Shown piece after piece: positions 57,895 to 64,000 of a stretch of DNA of 64,000 nucleotides. The stretch is from Candidatus Nealsonbacteria bacterium. Lineage in GTDB: Bacteria; Patescibacteriota; Minisyncoccia; Minisyncoccales; UBA6532. The notes below the pieces were generated by a model, which saw only the letters and a list, made by a program, of their open reading frames with translations, was not told the DNA's origin and did no database searches. The DNA is taken from the NCBI GenBank assembly GCA_016186485.1, contig JACPLN010000003.1, positions 23,305-87,304 of the forward strand. The letters are read 5' to 3'. Both the position numbers and the translations under genes were made by a program. Every line of letters starts with the position of its first letter. The first letter of the stretch is position 1.

Positions 57895-58155
57895 TTATCT
57901 ACCTTCAAGATAGTGCTTTAATTGTTTCTTAAGGTATCCGCGGCCGGAGCCACTCTTAAGAAATTTTTCTCTCCCCAAAGCATCATTTTTATCAAGATAT
58001 GCTTCAAAATAAATTGGTTTCCAGTCCTCTTTGCGACTTGTAGTTCTGGCTCCATCTCCGGCATTATGGCGCTTGAGGCGTTCAGTCAAATCTTCAGTCA
58101 TTCCGATATACCAAGATTTATCACTTTGGTTATCAAGAAGATAGACGTAATACAT
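57895..58155 (-). CDS. GIY-YIG nuclease-domain protein (stand-alone, 86 aa)
   Basis: 'YYVYLLDNQSDKSWYIGMTEDLTERLKRHN' is the canonical GIY...YIG...R..H.N block. Confidence 0.8.
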   Translation of the reverse strand: MYYVYLLDNQSDKSWYIGMTEDLTERLKRHNAGDGARTTSRKEDWKPIYFEAYLDKNDALGREKFLKSGSGRGYLKKQLKHYLEGR

Positions 58156-58185
58156 ATGAGTAGTTGGCGGTCGCGTAAAGGACCT

Positions 58186-58228
58186 GGCTCACTACGCTCG
58201 CCATGTCCCACGCGACTCACGTAAAATT
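58186..58228. repeat. Degenerate inverted copy of the 43-bp repeat unit
   Basis: The reverse complement aligns to the unit at both ends (GAATTTTACG... and ...GCGAnCnTAGTGAGC). Confidence 0.6.
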
Positions 58229-58265
58229 CTTATACAATTATTATATCAAAATTAAAATAATTTCA

Positions 58266-58410
58266 TTTTACGCGGCTTGCCACGTGATGAGCGAACATAG
58301 TGAGCGAATTTTACGCGGCTTGCCACGTGATGAGCGAACATAGTGAGCGAATTTTACGCGGCTTGCCACGTGATGAGCGAACATAGTGAGCGAATTTTAC
58401 GTGGCAGGGG
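58266..58410. repeat. Perfect 43-bp tandem direct repeat x3, plus a partial 4th copy
   Basis: The unit is TTTTACGCGGCTTGCCACGTGATGAGCGAACATAGTGAGCGAA. It is identical at 58266, 58309 and 58352. Each copy contains a CACGTG palindrome and an internal GAGCGAA...GAGCGAA sub-repeat about 11 bp apart. Confidence 0.9.
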
Positions 58411-58479
58411 CACCCTGAGTTGCACAGGGATCAATGGTTTTGGAGACCATTATTCTGCTATTAAACTATGCCCCCATAA

Positions 58480-58818
58480 TTATTCGTTCCAATCGCGCCT
58501 TTTGTCTTTTTTAGCGGTTTTATTGGAAAAACCTTTTGGATGTCTTTTTTTTAGCTTTTTTATATTCTCTTTCATTACATCTCCTAGGTTCCAGCCAAAA
58601 AAACTGCAAATCATAGCTATATACCACATCGTGTCCCCCAAATTCTCTCTTAATCCCTTTTTTTGGTCGTCTCCGTGAGAAAATGTCTTTTTAATGCAAC
58701 CCGCTACATCGCCGGCTTCTCCGGCAATACCCAAACCCCAAGTTAATATTTCTTTCTCTTTATTCTTGAATTTCTTTGCGGTCTTTTTGCAAAACTTTTG
58801 ATATTGACTTGGATTCAT
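58480..58818 (-). CDS. MazG-like nucleoside-triphosphate pyrophosphohydrolase-domain protein (small)
   Basis: 'WGLGIAGEAGDVAGCIKK...LGDTMWYIAMICSFFGWNLGDVMKENIKKL' is the MazG/EEnn helix pair pattern. Confidence 0.65.
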   Translation of the reverse strand: MNPSQYQKFCKKTAKKFKNKEKEILTWGLGIAGEAGDVAGCIKKTFSHGDDQKKGLRENLGDTMWYIAMICSFFGWNLGDVMKENIKKLKKRHPKGFSNKTAKKDKRRDWNE

Positions 58819-58832
58819 AATAAGCGTATAAT
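58804..58832 (+). promoter_or_regulatory. Sigma70-like promoter TTGACT-17nt-TATAAT
   Basis: Near-consensus hexamers about 15 nt upstream of a small + strand ORF. Confidence 0.5.
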
Positions 58833-58847
58833 TTAAAAGGTAAGAAA

Positions 58848-59009
58848 ATGGAATCAGGAAAGATAAGATATAGATGCGGGCACGAAAGCGAACTAATTAT
58901 TCTTGATGACAATCCGCTTTCTATTACGGCTTATGAGGAATGGAGAACATCAGTAGGATTTGATGGCGATAGAAGCAAATGCTTTAACTGTTTCTGTTCT
59001 CGTCCTTAG
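58848..59009 (+). CDS. Small Cys/His-rich (zinc-ribbon-like) protein, 53 aa, not in the ORF track
   Basis: ATG with an AAAGG ribosome-binding site. Sequence 'RCGHE...CFNCFCSRP'. It is bracketed by a consensus promoter and an intrinsic terminator. Confidence 0.4.
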   Translation: MESGKIRYRCGHESELIILDDNPLSITAYEEWRTSVGFDGDRSKCFNCFCSRP

Positions 59010-59046
59010 GGGTAAAAGAAAAAGCTTTTCTTTACCCCATTTTTAT
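59009..59046 (+). terminator. Rho-independent terminator (GGGGTAAA-aGAAAA-agc-TTTTC-TTTACCCC followed by a U-tract)
   Basis: Strong hairpin followed by ATTTTTATTT on the + strand only. Confidence 0.6.
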
Positions 59047-59088
59047 TTAACCGGGGTAATCACCCTCTCTGGTTCTAAATATGCGCGC

Positions 59089-59253
59089 CTAACGCTTGCT
59101 TTCTTTATGCAAGGTATGTTTCCGGCACCAGTTGCAAAACTTTTTCAATTCCAACCTACGTTCCACTTTGCCCTTGGACTTCTTAACAAAATAATTAACT
59201 CTTTTGCAGGATTCGCAAGCCAGTTTTAAAAACGGTTTTTTCTTTTTTGCCAT
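59089..59253 (-). CDS. rpmG: 50S ribosomal protein L33 (54 aa), missed by the ORF track
   Basis: Translation MAKKKKPFLKLACESCKRVNYFVKKSKGKVERRLELKKFCNWCRKHTLHKESKR. It has the C..C...C..C zinc ribbon and 'LELKKFC..CRKHTLHKE', the L33 signature. Confidence 0.85.
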   Translation of the reverse strand: MAKKKKPFLKLACESCKRVNYFVKKSKGKVERRLELKKFCNWCRKHTLHKESKR

Positions 59254-59294
59254 ATTCTTTTAATTTAAAAATTAAAAATGAAAATTTGATTCTG

Positions 59295-59367
59295 AGCCCA
59301 CGCGCAGATTTGCACTGCGGACCTCGTCTTTACCAAAGACGTGCTCTTCTGCCTGAGCTACGTGGGC
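59295..59367 (-). tRNA. tRNA-Thr (anticodon GGU) with a non-canonical T-loop UGCAAAU
   Basis: Acceptor GCCCACG/CGUGGGC, D-arm GCUC-AGGCAGAA-GAGC, anticodon stem CGUCU/AGACG with loop UUGGUAA, T-stem CGCAG/CUGCG. No CCA encoded. Confidence 0.75.
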
Positions 59368-59390
59368 ACATTGGTGGGCCAAGTCAGACT

Positions 59391-59477
59391 TGGTGGGCAG
59401 GGAGGGACTTGCACCCCCGAAGTCCTTACGGACGTCAGATTTACAGTCTGATGCGTTAGCTGCTCCGCCACCTGCCC
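59391..59477 (-). tRNA. tRNA-Tyr (anticodon GUA), long variable arm, T-loop UGCAAGU, CCA encoded
   Basis: Acceptor GGGCAGG/CCUGCCC, D-arm GCG-GAGCAGCUAA-CGC, anticodon stem UCAGA/UCUGA with loop CUGUAAA, variable stem GUCC/GGAC. Confidence 0.75.
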
Positions 59478-59503
59478 TCCCCTGTTTTTTACCATAAAAA
59501 TGA

Positions 59504-60172
59504 CTATCCTTCAATCTCTTTCCCGTGTTTTTTACGCCACTCTTCTATTTTTTTATGATTGCCAGACAGCAAGACTTTTGGAACTCGCCATCCTTTAAAC
59601 ATTTCTGGTCTGGTGTACTGGGGATACTCAATAAATCCTTTTTCTTTTGTAATCCTTTCTTTTAAAAACTGGGGTTTGCCAAGAACTCCGGGTATAAGCC
59701 TAGATACCGCTTCAATTACAACCATAGACGGCACTTCGCCTCCCATTAAAACATAATCCCCTATTGAAATTTCTTCATCTGCGACGTATTTTGCTACTCG
59801 TTCGTCAACTCCTTCGTACCTCCCGCAAATCATTATCAATCGGTCAAGCTTAGAAAAACGGTAGGCCGTTTTTTGGTTAAATTTTTTACCGCGGGGAGAA
59901 AATAAAATAACCCTGGTTTTGCGGTTTGCACTTTGCGCTTTGGACTTCAGGGCGGCAACCGCCTTATAAATCGGCTCAACTTTCATCAGCATTCCAATGC
60001 CTCCCCCAAATGGCTTGTCGTCCGCTGTTTTATGCCTGTCTTTGGCCCATCTTCTTAAGTTATGCGCCTTAACTGAAATCAGCCCTTTTTTGACAGCCCT
60101 GGCAATGATTGACTCTTTTAAATAGGAATCAAAGATTTCAGGAAAAATTGTAATAATATCAAACCTAACCAT
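59504..60172 (-). CDS. trmD: tRNA (guanine37-N1)-methyltransferase
   Basis: 'MVRFDIITIFPEIFDSYL...' SPOUT fold. Conserved neighbour of rpsP. Confidence 0.95.
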   Translation of the reverse strand: MVRFDIITIFPEIFDSYLKESIIARAVKKGLISVKAHNLRRWAKDRHKTADDKPFGGGIGMLMKVEPIYKAVAALKSKAQSANRKTRVILFSPRGKKFNQKTAYRFSKLDRLIMICGRYEGVDERVAKYVADEEISIGDYVLMGGEVPSMVVIEAVSRLIPGVLGKPQFLKERITKEKGFIEYPQYTRPEMFKGWRVPKVLLSGNHKKIEEWRKKHGKEIEG

Positions 60173-60256
60173 AAAGTTATAGTAAAATTATAACATTATT
60201 TTAAAAATGCAAAAGGGTTGGAAAACAAGCCTCCAACCCCTTAACTGGAATGAACT

Positions 60257-60739
60257 TTAGAACAGACCGAGATCTTTGTTGTCTTTCTTCTGGGAAAGCG
60301 TGTTCCTGGGATTAAATGCCAATTTATCATTGCTTTTCCTGATCAAGATCTTTGTATCCTTATCTTTAAGAATAACCCTTATCGCCTTTTTGCAGTCAAA
60401 CTCGGTAAAAATCCCCTTCCACTTCTCTTTCTTTCCTTCCGAGATTTTTTTTGCCAGCCACGTAAAGGAAACGTCCTTTCCGCCGGTTATCTCCGGAAGC
60501 TGGCAAAGAATATCTTTGAAAAATTCTATCTCATCTTTGAACTCTTCTTTGAATTCCGAAGAAGAGCCATTCATATTAAGCAAACACTGAAAAGCTTTCT
60601 CAAAATCACGAATCGTTCTGATTCTTGATAAATTCCTTAATTTCTGGATTTCATCTTTGAAAGCATCCTCGCCGCCCTCTGCGTTCTTTGAAAATTCAGC
60701 CACGATCTCCGCCGCTCTCTCTCTAATATCCGGATTCAT
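60257..60739 (-). CDS. Hypothetical protein occupying the position where rimM normally sits (between the KH-protein gene and trmD)
   Basis: 160-aa acidic protein with no PRC-barrel or RimM-like N-terminus recognisable. Confidence 0.4.
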   Translation of the reverse strand: MNPDIRERAAEIVAEFSKNAEGGEDAFKDEIQKLRNLSRIRTIRDFEKAFQCLLNMNGSSSEFKEEFKDEIEFFKDILCQLPEITGGKDVSFTWLAKKISEGKKEKWKGIFTEFDCKKAIRVILKDKDTKILIRKSNDKLAFNPRNTLSQKKDNKDLGLF

Positions 60740-60844
60740 TTTTTATCGCTCGGTTTCTCCAATTATAGCATAGCTGATATAAAAAATCAACCCGCTCCGA
60801 CTATAGTTCGGAGCGGGATGGAACGTCCAAGGATAAACGATATT

Positions 60845-61159
60845 TTAGAGTTTCAGATCTTCCAAATCCTTATCAGAAGATCTTTTTCCCTGAGGCCTGC
60901 CGCCTGCTGGCTCTTCAATCTTAAGATTCACTCTAGCGTGGTTCTTAAGACCGACGATTCTAACCAGCGTTCTGATTGATCTGGCAGTTGATCCTTCGCG
61001 ACCAACAACCTGACCCATATCTTCGGGGTGAACCTTCAATGAAAGAAGGACGCCCATTTCGTCAACCTTCCTGTCGATCTCTACATCGTCAGGATGATCA
61101 ACCAAGGCCTTTATCACAAACTCAAGGAAATCTTGGTCTGGAGTTGTTGCTTTAGCCAT
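60845..61159 (-). CDS. KH-domain RNA-binding protein (UPF0109/YlqC family) with a C-terminal extension
   Basis: 'VIKALVDHPDDVEI...MGQVVGREGSTARSIRTLVRIVG' KH fold. The start is taken at MAKATT. Confidence 0.75.
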   Translation of the reverse strand: MAKATTPDQDFLEFVIKALVDHPDDVEIDRKVDEMGVLLSLKVHPEDMGQVVGREGSTARSIRTLVRIVGLKNHARVNLKIEEPAGGRPQGKRSSDKDLEDLKL

Positions 61160-61338
61160 TTCTTTTATTCTTTCAATTAAATCTAGAAAACTGATATTCT
61201 TTCGACCTTTTTCTATTACTAATACCAATTATACTCTTCTTGCGAACTTTGTCAACCCCGGTAGTAGATTTTAGACTTACTTCGTAAAATGAAATTTGTC
61301 CAAAATTCACTACGGGGTCAACCCCGATAGCAGAAAGG

Positions 61339-61695
61339 TCAAGCCGCCTTTTTTGCCTCTTCCACTTTTGGCTTTTCTTCCGGCCCTTCCTGGCGAGGCT
61401 CGCCCCCTTCGGGGGCGGCCTGATTTTTTGCCTTTTTGTGGACTGCGATCTTTTGACCCTTAACTATCCCTTCTTTTACCAAAAGATTATGAACCGTATC
61501 AGAAGGTTTTGCTCCTTTAGAAATCCAGTATTCCGCCCTTTCTTTTTTAATTGAGTGCTGTTTGCTCAAAGCGTTATAAAATCCGATTTCTTCAACAAAA
61601 CGCCCGCCCCTCGGAGGGTTTTCTTTATCTGTTACAACAATCTTAAACGATGGCTGGTTCTTTTTACCTATGCGAAACAGTCGTATTACTAGCAT
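61339..61695 (-). CDS. rpsP: 30S ribosomal protein S16 with a C-terminal extension
   Basis: 'MLVIRLFRIGKKNQPSFKIVVTD'. Confidence 0.9.
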   Translation of the reverse strand: MLVIRLFRIGKKNQPSFKIVVTDKENPPRGGRFVEEIGFYNALSKQHSIKKERAEYWISKGAKPSDTVHNLLVKEGIVKGQKIAVHKKAKNQAAPEGGEPRQEGPEEKPKVEEAKKAA

Positions 61696-61702
61696 AATTT
61701 TA

Positions 61703-62392
61703 TTACCACCCTTTTATTTTTAGCGCGTTAGCCGCCGCTTCCTCTTCTCCTTCCTGCTTTGAAGATCCTTCGCCTTCCGCAATAAGTTCCTCTCCCAAAA
61801 ATACCCCTATCACAAAATGTTTTGCGTGATCCGGACCCCATTCTCTTTGCGCCTTATAAACCGGCGTTAGGGCAACTCTTTCCTGGGCTTCTTCCTGGAA
61901 ACGGGATTTCGCGTCTTTAAAAAGCTTTTCCTCTATTATTTTTGCCAGTTCAACAAGCAGATTTTCTTCTATAAATTTATAGCAAGACTTGTATCCAAGG
62001 TCAAGATACAAGCTCCCGATAAATGCTTCAAAGGTATTGGCTAATATGTATTGCCTTGCCTTGCCTTTTTCTTTTGCCTCTCCGTGAGACAGCAAAAGGA
62101 AATCATTAAAATCAAGGGAAGCGGCGGTTTGAGCCAATTTCTTAGCGTTAACCAAGGCCGCTCTCCAAGTGGTCAATTCTCCCTCGGGCTTTGCGGGATA
62201 GCGCTTGTAAAGATATTCTGTCACTACTAACTCTAAAACGGCGTCTCCCAGAAACTCCAGCCTTTCATTGTGCCGCAGATTAAGCTCGGGGTTTTCATTA
62301 AGGTAGGACCTGTGGACAAAAGCCTGGGTCAGCAAGTCCTTATTTTTAAATTCTAAACCTAGTTTTTCCTCCAATTTTGAAAAGTCTTTCAT
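61703..62392 (-). CDS. rnc: Ribonuclease III
   Basis: 'ERLEFLGDAVLELVV' catalytic signature and a C-terminal dsRBD. The start is taken at MKDFSKLEE. Confidence 0.9.
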   Translation of the reverse strand: MKDFSKLEEKLGLEFKNKDLLTQAFVHRSYLNENPELNLRHNERLEFLGDAVLELVVTEYLYKRYPAKPEGELTTWRAALVNAKKLAQTAASLDFNDFLLLSHGEAKEKGKARQYILANTFEAFIGSLYLDLGYKSCYKFIEENLLVELAKIIEEKLFKDAKSRFQEEAQERVALTPVYKAQREWGPDHAKHFVIGVFLGEELIAEGEGSSKQEGEEEAAANALKIKGW

Positions 62393-62393
62393 T

Positions 62394-62819
62394 TTATTTC
62401 TGCTCAATTTCTCTGTATACGGTGCCAAGTACGCCGTTGATAAACTTGCCTGAATTTTCCCCTCCGAAGTTCTTGGCCAGCTCTATTGCTTCATTAATGG
62501 CCACTTTCGGAGGCACCTCTTCTTTGCTCGCATAAAGCAGTTCATAAAGCCCGACCCTTAAAACATTTCTATCCACAATAGTAATTTGTTCAAGAGGCCA
62601 TTCGGGAGCCGCTTTCTCAATAACTTTATCTAGTTTGGGTAAATGATCAACAACTCCATTGACTAACTGCCAAATAAAATTGGGGTCTTCAAGCCCCGGA
62701 CCAAATTCTTGAATGTTCCTTTCAACGATCCTTTTAAGAGCTTCCGGTTTTTTGCCGTAAAAATCCCATTCATACAAAGATTGCATAGCTATAGATCTTG
62801 ATAAGTGTCTAGATGCCAT
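62394..62819 (-). CDS. nusB: Transcription antitermination factor NusB
   Basis: '[17 protein letters not shown]' NusB fold pattern. Confidence 0.85.
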   Translation of the reverse strand: MASRHLSRSIAMQSLYEWDFYGKKPEALKRIVERNIQEFGPGLEDPNFIWQLVNGVVDHLPKLDKVIEKAAPEWPLEQITIVDRNVLRVGLYELLYASKEEVPPKVAINEAIELAKNFGGENSGKFINGVLGTVYREIEQK

Positions 62820-63069
62820 GTTCTTTTTCTGTTTCTTTCTCTTTTACTGATATTTCTTTCTCTTTAGCCTTTCTTTCTTTCTTGGTCAATTTTTTCATAA
62901 CATCAATTACTTCTTTCCCTTTGTAATAGCCGCAGTTCTTGCAAACAGCGTGCGGAAGCGATGGTTTTCCGCACTTTTCACAAACGGCTAAAACCGACCT
63001 CTTTATAAAAAGGTGCATTCTGCCTTTATTCCTTCTTGATTTTGTATGATGGCTCCGAGGAACTCCCAT
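62809..63069 (-). CDS. rpmF: 50S ribosomal protein L32 with a Lys/Glu-rich C-terminal tail
   Basis: '[18 protein letters not shown]...CEKCG...[16 protein letters not shown]'. Confidence 0.8.
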   Translation of the reverse strand: MGVPRSHHTKSRRNKGRMHLFIKRSVLAVCEKCGKPSLPHAVCKNCGYYKGKEVIDVMKKLTKKERKAKEKEISVKEKETEKEHGI

Positions 63070-63133
63070 AAACAAAACTTAACAAAAAAACATCATCCTG
63101 GCAACTATTGATAATTAAAGGGGGTTATTGTTA

Positions 63134-64000
63134 TTAAATTTTAGTTACTATTACTTTTCCGTCTGCTCCAGCGCCTCCATTTCCACCATTTCCGCCGTAA
63201 ATATAAAAACACCAGGGATAACCAGCCGCTCCTCCTCCGCCGCCGCTGCCAGAACCTCCGGAAGCGCCACTTTGACCAACGGTGCCTTCAGTGCCAGATT
63301 TAAATACGCCTCCTGCTCCGCCGAACAATCCCTTACCTTTCAACCCGCTAGTGCCTCCGGAAAAACTCGGACAAAAATTATTCCCGCCGCTTCCGCCAAG
63401 ACCTCCTAGCCCGCCCTTTGCCTCTATTGTCCCCAAAGAAAGCAAATCCTTATATATTAATTTTACGGTTCCGCCGCTGCCTCCTCCGCCTCCGCCGCCT
63501 CCTCCAGCAGAACTATTAGTATTTGACCCATTTGACCCATTTTGCCCATTAGCCTGGATAGCTCCAAGATTATTGAGTTTTTTGGCATAGATATCTACTA
63601 TGCCGCCGCCTGCGCCACCAATACCTGCGGGAGTCGGACTGCCATAATCATAATTTCCTCCATAACCTCCGTTACCCCCTTTTTGTGCCTTGAAAAAAGT
63701 ATCGGTAATGCTGCCTTGATTAGTAAGAATGCCCTTTAATTTTATCTTGTGTCCATTAACGTCTAAAACAGCGCCGCTGTTTACTGTAAGATTATTGTAT
63801 TCCATATCTCTTTCAAGAACGGTATTTGAAGAAATCACCGCATCGCCGTCGCCGCCGCTTCCAAAAGCAAGAAAATCAAGCATGCTGCCCAAACACCCAA
63901 ATTCATTGCTGCAGATATCGTTCGCGGTTTGAACCTTTCCCTTATCCACAATCAAACCGAATTCAGCTCCGCCGGTGTTCAATATCAGGCCGCCTGCTTT
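63134..64000 (-). CDS. Glycine-rich repeat protein (GGxGG / GGNGG tracts), C-terminal part; the N-terminus lies beyond the window
   Basis: The frame is open to the window edge. Long poly-Gly tracts alternate with short beta-like segments. Confidence 0.5.
   Translation of the reverse strand, partial: KAGGLILNTGGAEFGLIVDKGKVQTANDICSNEFGCLGSMLDFLAFGSGGDGDAVISSNTVLERDMEYNNLTVNSGAVLDVNGHKIKLKGILTNQGSITDTFFKAQKGGNGGYGGNYDYGSPTPAGIGGAGGGIVDIYAKKLNNLGAIQANGQNGSNGSNTNSSAGGGGGGGGGSGGTVKLIYKDLLSLGTIEAKGGLGGLGGSGGNNFCPSFSGGTSGLKGKGLFGGAGGVFKSGTEGTVGQSGASGGSGSGGGGGAAGYPWCFYIYGGNGGNGGAGADGKVIVTKI

Noticed and set aside
58266-58410. CRISPR array
   Set aside because: The repeats are directly abutting identical 43-mers with no unique spacers, and there are no cas genes in the window.
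58960-59229. Track ORF on the + strand (89 aa)
   Set aside because: The opposite strand encodes a textbook ribosomal protein L33 (rpmG, 59089-59253). The + strand ORF has no ribosome-binding site or homology and is an artifact.
61160-61228. Upstream TTG-initiated extension of the KH-domain protein
   Set aside because: Family members are about 80-100 aa and begin near MAKATT. The extension would start on a rare TTG with no ribosome-binding site.

Overview
This 64-kb window looks like a chromosomal segment from an AT-rich, small-genome bacterium. Most of it reads AT-rich by eye, with two clearly GC-rich genes standing out. The gene content is consistent with a Patescibacteria/CPR-like or Gram-positive-type organism (inference): peptidoglycan genes including FemX, compact conserved ribosomal-locus structure, extended ribosomal proteins and a C-terminally extended FtsZ. 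Gene density is high and mostly housekeeping. Cell-wall and division genes: PBP2 fragment, murF-like, femX, ftsQ, murD, ftsW, murG, mraY, a D-Ala-D-Ala carboxypeptidase, ftsZ and ftsEX. Translation genes: lysS, serS, gltX, aspS, prfB with its programmed +1 frameshift, rpmA, rplI, rpmG (missed by the ORF track), rpsP, rpmF, trmD, rnc, nusB and four tRNAs (Lys, Gln, Thr, Tyr). Also present are the heat-shock operon hrcA-grpE-dnaK-dnaJ behind a CIRCE operator, pyrG, and an isoprenoid cluster (idi-uppS-geranylgeranyl-reductase-like). Non-housekeeping content: a tyrosine recombinase with a dif-like palindrome; a GC-rich HD-phosphohydrolase gene inserted next to tRNA-Lys; a GC-rich DEAD-box helicase; a disrupted enolase; and a roughly 4-kb island (about 55.1-59.0 kb) of small, individually promoted and terminated genes (GIY-YIG, MazG-like, PD-(D/E)xK-like and others) beside a 43-bp x3.3 tandem/inverted repeat array. 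No CRISPR array, transposase or rRNA was seen. Coordinates of features not in the ORF track were counted by hand and may be off by 1-2 nt. All functional calls rest on motif and sequence-family recognition without database searches.
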